Source of the DNA: Pseudomonas aeruginosa
GTDB lineage: Bacteria > Pseudomonadota > Gammaproteobacteria > Pseudomonadales > Pseudomonadaceae
Direction: 5' to 3'
Assembly: GCF_001457615.1 (NCBI RefSeq)
Contig: NZ_LN831024.1
Coordinates: forward strand, 3,000,001-3,032,000
DNA length: 32,000 nucleotides
Positions 1 to 9,964 of this stretch are shown here, one piece after another (the first letter of the stretch is position 1; each line of letters starts with the position of its first letter). The notes under the pieces are model-generated. The model was not told the origin of the DNA. It saw nothing but the letters and a program-made list of their open reading frames with translations, and ran no database searches. The translations under genes and the position numbers were made by a program.

Positions 1-395
1 CCGGCCTGCCGCCGGTGCTCCAGCCGCACGACCTGGCGCGTTGCGAATGGATCGGCCATACCCGCCTGAGCACGCCCTGGACCTGGACCTTCGAACGCCA
101 GCGCGAGCGTGCCACGGTACAGACCCGAGGGCGCCTGCTGGCGAACAACACCCTGGCGGTGTACCGCCTGGTGCTCGACGGTGCCGGCGTCAGCGTGCTG
201 CCGAGCTTCCTGGTGGCCCGCGAGATCGCCCGCGGGCGGCTGGTCCGGCTGCTACCTGGCTGGCACCTGCCGCAGGGCGGCATCTATGCCCTGTACCCCT
301 CGGCGCGCTACATGCCGGTGCGGGTCAGGGCGTTCATCGAGTCGCTGCGCGAGCATCTCGGTCGCGAGCCGTTCCGCCTGGCGCAGGGCGAATGA
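1..395 (+). CDS. ptxR: LysR-family transcriptional regulator, C-terminal part of the effector domain (partial at window start)
   Basis: Open frame ...VLQPHDLARCEWIGHTRLSTPWTWTFE...GRLLANNTLAVYRLVLDGAGVSVLPSFLVAREIARGRLVRLLPGW... is typical of a LysR substrate-binding domain; convergent with pvcD as expected for ptxR. Runs off the left edge. Confidence 0.85.
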   Translation, partial: GLPPVLQPHDLARCEWIGHTRLSTPWTWTFERQRERATVQTRGRLLANNTLAVYRLVLDGAGVSVLPSFLVAREIARGRLVRLLPGWHLPQGGIYALYPSARYMPVRVRAFIESLREHLGREPFRLAQGE

Positions 396-420
396 GGCTG
401 GGCATCCGTGCTGGGGGGCT

Positions 421-504
421 GTAGGGCGAATAACGCCACAGGCGTTATCCGCCGCTGGCGTCGCGGATAGGCGGCGGATAACCGCAAGCGGTTATTCGCC
501 CTAC
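421..504. repeat. 84-bp palindromic intergenic repeat, copy 1 (REP/MITE-like)
   Basis: Begins GTAGGGCGAATAAC and ends GTTATTCGCCCTAC (perfect 14-bp terminal inverted repeats), with internal GTTATCCGCCG/CGGCGGATAAC. Confidence 0.85.
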
Positions 505-550
505 GGATCGGGCTTCGGCAGCATCTCGGTCGCAAGCCATTCCAACTGGC

Positions 551-634
551 GTAGGGCGAATAACGCCACAGGCGTTATCCGCCGCCGATGCCAGGGATAG
601 GCGGCGGATAACCGCGAGCGGTTATTCGCCCTAC
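551..634. repeat. 84-bp palindromic intergenic repeat, copy 2; overlaps the 3' end of pvcD
   Basis: Same 84-nt unit as 421-504; differences lie in the central loop (about 585-594) and one right-arm base. Right end CGCCCTAC contains the pvcD stop codon (complement of cta, 631-633). Confidence 0.85.
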
Positions 635-1278
635 GGCCCCAGGCTGCCCAGGTAGCCGGCGAGCGCCTGGATGTCGCTATCCTCCAGGCCGCCGGCGACC
701 GCGCGCATGGTCGCGCTGTTGCCGCGCTTGCCGTCGCGGAAGCCGTGCAACTGGGTTGCCAGGTATTCCGCCCATTGCCCGGCCAGGCGCGGCGCCTTCA
801 GCGCCGCCAGGCCCTGGGCGGCGGGCCCGTGGCAGGTGACGCAGGGCGGTACGCCGCGCTGCGCCAGGCCGTTCTCGAAGAGCTGGCGGCCGCGTTCGCG
901 TTGCCTCGGGTCGGCCAGGGTCTGTTCGCCGGTACTCATGCGCTGGGCGGCGAACCAGGCGGAGACGTTGACCACGTCCGCCGCGCTCAGCTCCTCGCCG
1001 CGGCCGTTGGTGGCCGGGTTGCGCCGGCGCTGGGTCTTGAGGTCGTAGATCTGCTTGTACAGGTATTCCCGGTCGAGCCCGGCGAGCTTCGGGTAGCTGC
1101 GGTTCGGCCGCGGCCCGCCGTTGCCGTCGTCGTCGTGGCAGCGCGAGCACATTTTCTGCGCCATCGCCTTGCCGCGCGCCAGGTCGGCGGGCGCGTCCGG
1201 GCCCGGCACGGCGGCGGCCAGCGGCAGGGAAAGCAGGGCCGAGAGGCAGCCGGCCAGCCAGCGTTTGCGCTCAGTCAT
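631..1278 (-). CDS. pvcD: PvcD, secreted di-heme cytochrome c-like protein (215 aa)
   Basis: MTERKRWLAGCLSALLSLPLAAAVPG signal-like N-terminus; two CxxCH motifs (CSRCH, CVTCH). Starts inside the ORF called at 631..1431 and overlaps the pvcC end. Confidence 0.9.
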   Translation of the reverse strand: MTERKRWLAGCLSALLSLPLAAAVPGPDAPADLARGKAMAQKMCSRCHDDDGNGGPRPNRSYPKLAGLDREYLYKQIYDLKTQRRRNPATNGRGEELSAADVVNVSAWFAAQRMSTGEQTLADPRQRERGRQLFENGLAQRGVPPCVTCHGPAAQGLAALKAPRLAGQWAEYLATQLHGFRDGKRGNSATMRAVAGGLEDSDIQALAGYLGSLGP

Positions 1279-2773
1279 GCTGCCAGGGCCCCCGCAGCCA
1301 GCCGTGGATGTCGTAGTCGGCCATACAGCGCTGGACCATCGCCTCGCAGTAGGCCAGGTGCCCGCGACGGCTGGCCCAGGCCAGCGAGTCGAGGCGGATC
1401 TGCTCGGCATTGCCGGAATAATGGCTCTCATAGACCGCGTGGCGCGCGCCGAACTCGCTGCCGGTGGCGTCCCAGATCAGCTTGAACAGCTTCAGGCGCT
1501 GCTCCGGCTCCAGCTCGGCACCGCGGTAGTAGCTGTCCACCAGCCGCCGCGCCTCTCCGTCGCGCAGGTCGGCGGCGCCCGAGACGGTGACCAGCGGGGC
1601 GCCGCCGAGGGCGCTTTCCAGCAGCTCGCGGACCCGCTTCCAGATCTGCGGCACCTGGATGCGCAGGGCATTGGCGTACTCCAGGCGCGGCACCGCCGAC
1701 CCGGCGGCGTTGCGCTCCGGGTCGCGGGCCATGGCGGTGGTCAGCGCCTGCAGCAGGTGCTGCAGGGCGATCAGCTCGCCGAGGGCAGCCTGTATCCCGC
1801 GGAAGCCCTGGGTGCCATTGGCGCGCACGCCGAGGGAAAGCAGGCCGATCATCAGCTCCAGCTTCACCCCGAGGCGGATGCCGGACTGGAAGTTGTACAG
1901 GTTGGCGAAGCCCGACTCGGCATAGAAACCGGTGGCGCGGCGCAGGTCGCGGTAGACCAGGACGTCCTCCCAGGGAATCAGCGCCTTGTCGAACAGCAGC
2001 ACGCTGTCGTTCTCGTCGAAGCGGCTGGACAGCGGATAGTCGAAGGGACTGCTCGCGCGCTCCTCGTAGGATGGCCGGCACATCAGGCGCAGGCCGGGGT
2101 TGTCCATGCGGGCGAAGAACACCAGGGCGAAGTCCTCGGCCTTGCCGGCTTCCATCTGCGCCGAGGCGACCGGGGCGACGAAGGTGGCGTTGGTGATGGC
2201 GCTGCCGGTGGCGAGCATCTTCGCCCCGCTGACGACGATACCCTGGTCGGTCTCGCGTTCGACGTGGACGAACACGTCGCGCATCTCGTGGATCGCCTTG
2301 CTGCGGTCCAGCGGCGGATTGATGATCGCGTGGTTGAGGAACAGCCCGCGGTCGGCGAAGGCGCGGTGCCAGGCGCAGGCGTTCTGCCGGTAGTCGCCGT
2401 AGAAGCCGGCGCCGGCCTCCAGCCCGGACATGAACGCCGCCTTGTAGTCCGGGGTACGCCCCATGAAGCCGTAGGTCATGCGCGACCAGCAGCCGATCGC
2501 CTCGCGCGCGCCGAGCAGGTCCTCGGCGTTCTGCGCGGGGGTGAAGAAGCGGTGGCTGCGGCGGCCCTGGGCATCGACCCGGGTGAGGACGTCGCGCTGC
2601 TCGCCGTGGAGGCCGTCGTAGAGCCCGGCGATGCTGCGGCAGGCGTTGCGGAACGCCCTGTGCCGGGTGACATCGGCGACCCGTTCGCCGTTGAGGTAGA
2701 CCTGGCGACCGTCGCGCAGGCTGTCGAGATAGTCGGCGCCGGTCATCAGCGCGTTGGGGACGGAATGGCTCAT
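1271..2773 (-). CDS. pvcC: PvcC, FAD-dependent 4-hydroxyphenylacetate 3-monooxygenase-like enzyme (500 aa)
   Basis: MSHSVPNALMTGADYLDSLRDGRQVYLNGERVADVTRHRAFRNA..., characteristic HpaB/PvcC family sequence in pvc order. Confidence 0.93.
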   Translation of the reverse strand: MSHSVPNALMTGADYLDSLRDGRQVYLNGERVADVTRHRAFRNACRSIAGLYDGLHGEQRDVLTRVDAQGRRSHRFFTPAQNAEDLLGAREAIGCWSRMTYGFMGRTPDYKAAFMSGLEAGAGFYGDYRQNACAWHRAFADRGLFLNHAIINPPLDRSKAIHEMRDVFVHVERETDQGIVVSGAKMLATGSAITNATFVAPVASAQMEAGKAEDFALVFFARMDNPGLRLMCRPSYEERASSPFDYPLSSRFDENDSVLLFDKALIPWEDVLVYRDLRRATGFYAESGFANLYNFQSGIRLGVKLELMIGLLSLGVRANGTQGFRGIQAALGELIALQHLLQALTTAMARDPERNAAGSAVPRLEYANALRIQVPQIWKRVRELLESALGGAPLVTVSGAADLRDGEARRLVDSYYRGAELEPEQRLKLFKLIWDATGSEFGARHAVYESHYSGNAEQIRLDSLAWASRRGHLAYCEAMVQRCMADYDIHGWLRGPWQHD

Positions 2774-2824
2774 GCTGGTTCCTTGTCGGGACGCCGGCCG
2801 TGGCGCGCACGGCCGGCGGGGCGG

Positions 2825-3700
2825 TCAGTCGCGCTGCAGGTGCGGGTTGCGCAGCGCCGGCTCGGCGTGGATATGCACCCGCCGCAGGTGGCGCGGCGCG
2901 CGGTGGGCGAAGGCCTCGCGACCGTGCAACAGGGTCAGGTTGTCGGCGATCACCAGGTCGTCGCTGCGCCAGCGGTGGGCGTAGTGCGCCTGTGGGTGGT
3001 ACAGGCAGCGGCGCAGGCTGGCGAGCAGTTCGCCGCGCTGTTCCGGGGCGATGCCGTCGTAGTGGAACTCGGAGGGGTTGATGAAGCTGGCGTCGCCCTC
3101 GATCGGCGGTTCGCAGAAACGCAGGGTGGGGAATTCGCGGCGCGGGTGGCGCTCGACTATCGGCGCCGCCGAGCGGCTGCTGTAGTGCGCCGCGCTGCGC
3201 TGGTACCGGCCGCTGGCGCGGCGCCAGAGTTCCAGCTCGCTACTGTCGGCCAGTTGCAGCGCCGCCGGGGTCGAGCTGAAGGTGGTGCGGCCGCCGTCGC
3301 TGTCGCCGGGCGCGTCGACACAGTGGAACACCTGGAATTCCGGGACCGTCTCCAGGTACATGCCGTCCCAGTGCAGCGGCACGTAGTTGTTGGCGAAGAT
3401 GTGGTCCTCGGCGCCTTCCTGTTCCACCAGCTCGAGCACCGCGCCGAACGGCCACAGCATGACTTCGCCGAAGTCGTGGCAGTAGCGGGTCAGGCTCTCG
3501 GCGTCGGCGAAGGCGGCGAAGCCGCGCAGGAGCAGCAGGTGGTGGCTGCGAGCCAGGCCCTTGAGCCACTGCGCCGGCAGCTCGCCGACGTGCATGCCGG
3601 GGCGGCCGGGCTCCAGCAGCAGGCCGAAGCGCGGCTGGTTGCCCTGTTCGTCGCGCAGCGGCGAGAGACGTACCGGTTGATCGCTGAGATAGGCGTTCAT
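2825..3700 (-). CDS. pvcB: PvcB, Fe(II)/alpha-ketoglutarate-dependent (TauD/TfdA-type) oxygenase (291 aa)
   Basis: MNAYLSDQPVRLSPL...NNYVPLHWDGMY...VADNLTLLHGREAF; His-x-Asp (HWD) and distal His motif. Start inside the much longer ORF 2825..5959. Confidence 0.93.
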   Translation of the reverse strand: MNAYLSDQPVRLSPLRDEQGNQPRFGLLLEPGRPGMHVGELPAQWLKGLARSHHLLLLRGFAAFADAESLTRYCHDFGEVMLWPFGAVLELVEQEGAEDHIFANNYVPLHWDGMYLETVPEFQVFHCVDAPGDSDGGRTTFSSTPAALQLADSSELELWRRASGRYQRSAAHYSSRSAAPIVERHPRREFPTLRFCEPPIEGDASFINPSEFHYDGIAPEQRGELLASLRRCLYHPQAHYAHRWRSDDLVIADNLTLLHGREAFAHRAPRHLRRVHIHAEPALRNPHLQRD

Positions 3701-3717
3701 CGTCTGGCTCCTCGGGC

Positions 3718-4704
3718 TCAGGCCACGGCGGCGCGCCGGGCGGCCCTGGCCGGCAGGCGGTAGTGACTGGGCTGGCCGTTGATCTGCACCAGCTCGCCGC
3801 CGAGTTCCAGCACCTCGCTGCGCTTCATCAGCACGAAGCGGTCCTCGGTGTTCACCGCCACGCCGTGCCAGGGCGTCAGCCAGTCGTCGCGGGTCGGCAT
3901 CATGTGGATGCCGAACTTCAGACTGTCCGCCGGCTGCGGATGGATGGACAGGCGGATCGCGCGGGGGAACTGGTCGGCCAGCAGCGCGCCCCAGGCCCAG
4001 CTGCGCTGGATCACCCCGTAGGCGCGCTCCTTGGCGTCGCGTTGCAGGGCAGTCTTCGAGCCCTGGTAGTCGGGGGTCAGGCCGTCCTCGTAGAGGAAAC
4101 GGGTGATGGCGCGGTACAGCAGCAGGCCTTCTTCGCTGGCCAGCAGGGTCTCGCGGATGCTTTCCAGCGGCTCGGCGTAGCCGTCGATCAGCAACTGGCG
4201 GAGCTGCTCGTGGTTGTCGCGCTGGGCCTCGAAGGCGCGTACGTCCTCCAGGTTGAACACGCCGATATGGGTGGCGCCGATCTCCTCGATCATCAGGCGC
4301 AAGGCATCCTGGTAGGCGCTGATGTGCGCATCGCCGATCCTCACCAGGTCGCCGAACACCCGGCCGTCGGAGCAGACGGTGATCTTCGCGCCCGGTGCAT
4401 AGAACAGCTGGATGCGCTGGCACAGGTGGTTGAGGAACGACAGCGACAGGCGCTCGGCCATGTCCGGACGGCTGTCGAGGACCTTGCCGGGGTTCGGCGA
4501 CTTGGCCGGAAACGCCGGCAGGACGAATTCGATGGGCTCGCCGGCTTCGATGAAGGCGGCGATGCGCGGCAACTGGACCTGTTCGATGCGGCGGATCTCG
4601 TCCGCTTCGCTGGCGCTCTGGCGATGCTCGGGGTAACGGCGGCGATAGAGCAACAGTTCTTTCAATACGCGTGCGGGAAGGGTGTCTTCGGCGATGGCGT
4701 ACAT
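3718..4704 (-). CDS. pvcA: PvcA, isocyanide (isonitrile) synthase (328 aa)
   Basis: DIT1/PvcA family sequence (VLDSRPDMAERLSLSFL, FYAPGAKITVCSDGRVFGDLV); AAGGAGG-like SD upstream of ATG at 4704. Confidence 0.93.
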   Translation of the reverse strand: MYAIAEDTLPARVLKELLLYRRRYPEHRQSASEADEIRRIEQVQLPRIAAFIEAGEPIEFVLPAFPAKSPNPGKVLDSRPDMAERLSLSFLNHLCQRIQLFYAPGAKITVCSDGRVFGDLVRIGDAHISAYQDALRLMIEEIGATHIGVFNLEDVRAFEAQRDNHEQLRQLLIDGYAEPLESIRETLLASEEGLLLYRAITRFLYEDGLTPDYQGSKTALQRDAKERAYGVIQRSWAWGALLADQFPRAIRLSIHPQPADSLKFGIHMMPTRDDWLTPWHGVAVNTEDRFVLMKRSEVLELGGELVQINGQPSHYRLPARAARRAAVA

Positions 4705-4889
4705 GCAGGTGTTTCCTCCTTGTGGGCGGATGCCGGCGGGCCGGCAGCGGAAGGCGACATCCTGTGGACTCGCCGCCGGGGGATAAACCGGGGAAGGCCG
4801 GAAACACTGTTCGCTGAAGCTTGACGATGGGCGCCGGGCACGGCCGGGCCGCCGGCGTTGTCGCGTATCGCGGGGAGGGCTGAAGGAAA

Positions 4890-4909
4890 CGGCCGCCGGC
4901 GGGCGGCCG
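4890..4909 (-). terminator. Possible terminator downstream of ansA
   Basis: Minus strand CGGCCGCC-CGCC-GGCGGCCG followed by TTTCC; 8-bp stem, short U tract. Confidence 0.4.
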
Positions 4910-4917
4910 CAGGGCGG

Positions 4918-5904
4918 TCAGTCGGCGTTCTCGCCGCACAGGTCGAGGGCGAACCAGCGTTGCGCTTCGTCGCGTCCGAGGCCGGCGCCGAGCAGGCCGA
5001 AGAGCTTGCCCAGGGCCGCCTCGCGGGTCATTCCGCCAGCCGAGAGCAGGCCGGCGTCGCGCAGGCGGCTGCCGGCGGCGTAGACGCCGAACTCGACCTG
5101 GCCGTAGGCGCACTGGCTGACCGCAGCGAGCAGCACGCCGCGGGCGTGGGCTTCGCGCAGCAGCGCCAGCAGCTCCTCGTCGTCGGACGGGCCGGTGCCG
5201 CTGCCATAGCATTCCAGCAGCAGCGCTTCCACGCCGCTGTCGAGCAGCCCGCGCAGGTGCGCGGCGCGCAGCCCTGGATAGAGCGGCAGCACGGCGAGGT
5301 TCACTTCCCGGCGCGGCTGGCGGTAGCCGAGCGCCGCAGGCACCGGCGCATGCTCGGCGTGGCGCGGTCGCGGCAGTTCGGCGAAGGCGTCGAACGCGTC
5401 GCTGCGCAGCTTGCTGACTCGCGCGCCGTGCAGCAGGGCATCGTTGAAATAGACCTGTACGCCGCGCGCGTGGCCCTCCTGGAGGACGCGCAGGGCGCCG
5501 ACCAGGTTGTCCCAGGCATCGCTGCCCGGCGCGCCGGCCGGCAGCATGGAGCCGGTCAGCAGCACCGGGATCGGCAGGTCGAGGAGCAGGAAGGACAGCG
5601 CCGCGGCGCTGTAGGCCAGGGTGTCGGTGCCGTGCAGGAGCAGCACGCCGTCGTGGCCGGCGTCGAGCGCGGCGACGATGGCGTCGCGCATCGCCAGCCA
5701 GTTGCCCTGGGTCATGTTGGCGCTGTCCAGCGGCGGTTGCAGTTCGGCGAAGCGCCAGCGCAGGTCCGGGGCGTCGCCGAGGCTTTGCAGGTGGTCGCGC
5801 ATGCGCGCTTCGAAGCCACCGGCCGGAGCCAGTCCCTGAGGGGTCTGCAGCATGCCGATGGTGCCGCCGGTGTAGAGCACGAAGAGGTTCTTGACTGGGA
5901 GCAT
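4918..5904 (-). CDS. ansA: L-asparaginase, type I-like (328 aa)
   Basis: LFVLYTGGTIGM (asparaginase threonine signature), GVLLLHGTDTLAYSAAALSFLL, PIPVLLTGSMLPAG. Confidence 0.92.
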   Translation of the reverse strand: MLPVKNLFVLYTGGTIGMLQTPQGLAPAGGFEARMRDHLQSLGDAPDLRWRFAELQPPLDSANMTQGNWLAMRDAIVAALDAGHDGVLLLHGTDTLAYSAAALSFLLLDLPIPVLLTGSMLPAGAPGSDAWDNLVGALRVLQEGHARGVQVYFNDALLHGARVSKLRSDAFDAFAELPRPRHAEHAPVPAALGYRQPRREVNLAVLPLYPGLRAAHLRGLLDSGVEALLLECYGSGTGPSDDEELLALLREAHARGVLLAAVSQCAYGQVEFGVYAAGSRLRDAGLLSAGGMTREAALGKLFGLLGAGLGRDEAQRWFALDLCGENAD

Positions 5905-6003
5905 CCGTAATCCTTGTGTCGGGCCTTTTCGCGCCGGACGTGCGAAGAGGGGACACCATTGTGGCGCAGGCGCCGCTCCGGGGGGAGGGCGCCTGCGCGA
6001 GAC

Positions 6004-7448
6004 TCAGCGATTGCCGCTCGGCAGCGGCTCGGCGTCCGCCTGCGCCGGGGGCTCGGCGCGCTGGCCGGCGGGCCAGGCTTCGCGGTCCAGGTCGAGGTCG
6101 GCGAACTGCGCCGAGTCGAACACCGGTTGCTTGATCCCGGCGCGGCGCTGCACGTCATAGTCGCGCATCACCCGCAGGCCGACCTTGAACAGCAGGGCCA
6201 GGGCCATCAGGTTGACGAAGGCCAGGCAGGTCATGGTGATGTCGGCGAAGGCGAACACGGTGGACAGGTCCTGCACCGAGCCCCAGACCACCAGGGCCAG
6301 CACCAGCGCGCGGTAGCCGATCAGCACCAGGCGGTTGCGGCTGAGGAACTGCAGGCTGTTCTCGCCCAGGTAGAAGTTGTAGAGGATGCAGGTGAAGACG
6401 AACAGCGACAGGGCCACGCTGACGAACACCCGGCCCCAGTCGCCGACCACCGCGGCCAGGGAGTTCTGGGTGAGGACGATGCCGTCGCCTTCGAAGCCCG
6501 GGGTGTAGAAGCCCGAGAGCAGGATCAGCAGGGCGGTGCAGGTGCAGATCACGAAGGTGTCGAGGAACACGCTGAAGGCCTGGACCACGCCCTGTGCCGC
6601 CGGATGGCGCACGGCGGCGACCGCGGCGACGTTCGGCGCGCTGCCCAGGCCGGCCTCGTTGGCGAAGACGCCACGCTTGACGCCCATCACGATGGCGCTG
6701 CCGAGCAGGCCGCCGAACGCCGGGTCTAGGCCGAAGGCGCTCTTGACGATGGTTTCCAGCATTGCCGGGACGTGCTCGATCTGGCTGGCGATGACGTACA
6801 GGGTGACGCCGATGTAGGCCAGGGTCTTGATCGGCACCAGCAGGTCGGAGACCGCGGCGATGCGCTTGATGCCGCCGATGAAGACCACGCCGAGCAGCAC
6901 CGCCAGGGCGATCCCGGTGTGCTGCGGGGCGAAGCCGAAGGCGTTCTGCAGCGAATGGGTGACGGTGTAGGACTGCAGGCCGTTGAAGGCGAAGCCGTAG
7001 GTCACCAGCAGGAGTACCGCGAAGACCACCGCCATCGAGCGCAGCTTCAGGCCGTGCTGGATGTAGTAGGACGGGCCGCCGCGATACAGGCCGTCGCCGT
7101 CGCTGCGCTTGTAGACCTGGGCCAGGGTGCATTCGAAGAAGCTGCTGGACATGCCGACCAGCGCGGTGACCCACATCCAGAACACCGCCCCGGACCGCCG
7201 AGGGTCACGGCGATGCCGACCCCGGCGATGTTGCCGGCGCCGACCCGGCCGGCGAGGCTCAGCATCAGGGCCTGGAAGGAACTGAGCTGGCCGGCCTGGC
7301 CGCGCAGCGATTCCCTGAATACGCCGAACATGTGGCCGAAGTGGCGGAACTGGACGAAACGCGAACGGATCGTGAAGTAGGCACCCAGGCCGACGATCAG
7401 GACGATGAGGACTTTTCCGGAAAGGAAATCGTTGAGCATTTCAAGCAT
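6004..7448 (-). pseudogene. AGCS-family sodium:alanine/glycine-type symporter, interrupted in this sequence by an apparent 1-nt deletion near 7187-7190
   Basis: N-terminal ORF 7047..7448 (MLEMLNDFLSGKVLIVLIVGLGAYFTIRSRFVQFRHFGHM...VGAGNIAGVGIAVTLGGPG) and C-terminal ORF 6004..7185 (...VFWMWVTALVGMSSSFFECTLAQVYKRSDGDGLYRGGPSYYIQ...) join into one AGCS protein of about 481 aa if one G is restored in CCGGGGCGGTG. Confidence 0.85.
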
Positions 7449-7616
7449 GGAGGTCTACCTCGGTTCTTATTCTGGTACCGGCGTGCGCTGCGGCAGCGCC
7501 TTGGTGCGCGGCGCATGGTTGGCCATGACGCACCTGGTTACAATTTCGCGGGTTGCTCCTGCTTGATGCGACCTGATGCTAGAATCGCGTCCATAGCATC
7601 AGTTTTGGAGCCATCG

Positions 7617-8435
7617 ATGTCCGAGCACCTGGGCGCCAATCTCAAGCTGCTTTGCAGCCATTACCGCTCGATTTCCGAGGTTTGCCGGCAATTGGCGATC
7701 AATCGCGCGCAGTTCAACAAGTACCTCAGCGGCCAGAGCCAGCCGACGCCCTACAACCGCAAGCGGATAGGCGACTTCTTCGGCGTCGAGGACTACGAGC
7801 TGGGCTTGCCGCCCGAGCAGTTCGCCCGCCTGATCGGCGCCCGTGCCAGCGCCCAGCCGCGCCAGTCCAGCAACGACCCGCTGTTGCGGCTGCTGCAACC
7901 GCTGCGCGCCGAGGCCGGCGACCTGAGCCGCTACTGCGGCTACTACTTCGAATATGCCAACTGCATGTCGGTGCCGGGCAGCATCCTGCTCTCCCTGGTG
8001 CATCTCTACGAGGAAGACGGGGTGTTCCTCTTCGAGCGCCAGGAACGCCAGGAGCGCACCAGCAGTACCGACGTGCAGGCGGAGGAGTGGGCGCGCTGCC
8101 GCTACCTCGGCGCGGCCTTCCAGTTGCAGGACCGGGTGTTCCTGATCGACTACGAGTCGCTGACCCTCAACGAGATGAGCCAGACCATCCTCATTCCCAG
8201 TTTCAAGAGCCGTATCACCCGCCTGAACGGCCTGAAGATGGGCGTTTCCAGCGGTGACCGGCGGACCCCGGCATGCAGCCGGGTGGTCTGGGAGTACCTC
8301 GGTGCGGAAATCAACCGGATCAACGCCTACCGCCAGGTGCGCCTGTACCGCCCGGACGATCCGCGGATCGACGAGGATATTCGCCAGCGCCTGGCGGCGG
8401 GGAGCTTGCGGCATGGGTTGCTGGAGACGGAGTGA
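7617..8435 (+). CDS. XRE-like helix-turn-helix transcriptional regulator (272 aa)
   Basis: MSEHLGANLKLLCSHYRSISEVCRQLAINRAQFNKYLSGQSQPTPYNRKRIGDFFGVEDYELGL; HTH-like N-terminus followed by a roughly 200-aa effector-like region. ATG at 7617 within ORF 7332..8435. Confidence 0.8.
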   Translation: MSEHLGANLKLLCSHYRSISEVCRQLAINRAQFNKYLSGQSQPTPYNRKRIGDFFGVEDYELGLPPEQFARLIGARASAQPRQSSNDPLLRLLQPLRAEAGDLSRYCGYYFEYANCMSVPGSILLSLVHLYEEDGVFLFERQERQERTSSTDVQAEEWARCRYLGAAFQLQDRVFLIDYESLTLNEMSQTILIPSFKSRITRLNGLKMGVSSGDRRTPACSRVVWEYLGAEINRINAYRQVRLYRPDDPRIDEDIRQRLAAGSLRHGLLETE

Positions 8436-8492
8436 GGGGCGGGGGATCGCGCAGGGCGGTGAGACCTGCTGACGACCCGGTTCGCGGCCACG

Positions 8493-8523
8493 AAAAAAGC
8501 CCCTTGCCCGACGGGCAAGGGGG
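8493..8523 (-). terminator. Rho-independent terminator of the bkd-lpdV operon
   Basis: Minus strand CCCCTTGCCC-GTC-GGGCAAGGGG-C-TTTTTT: 10-bp stem, 3-nt loop, U6; lies between the ends of convergent genes at 8435 and 8567. Confidence 0.93.
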
Positions 8524-8566
8524 TAATGTGCGCCGGTGGTTGGCCGGCTACCGAGGTTCGCGGGAA

Positions 8567-9961
<1,395 letters not shown>

Positions 9962-9964
9962 CGC

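Noticed and set aside
1121-3763. 880-aa ORF on + strand across pvcD/pvcC/pvcB
   Set aside because: Low-complexity Ala/Val/Gln/Arg-rich translation antisense to three well-supported genes; typical high-GC phantom ORF.
2825-5959. 1044-aa ORF on - strand
   Set aside because: Only its last 291 aa (PvcB) are real; the rest is an off-frame read of pvcA and ansA.
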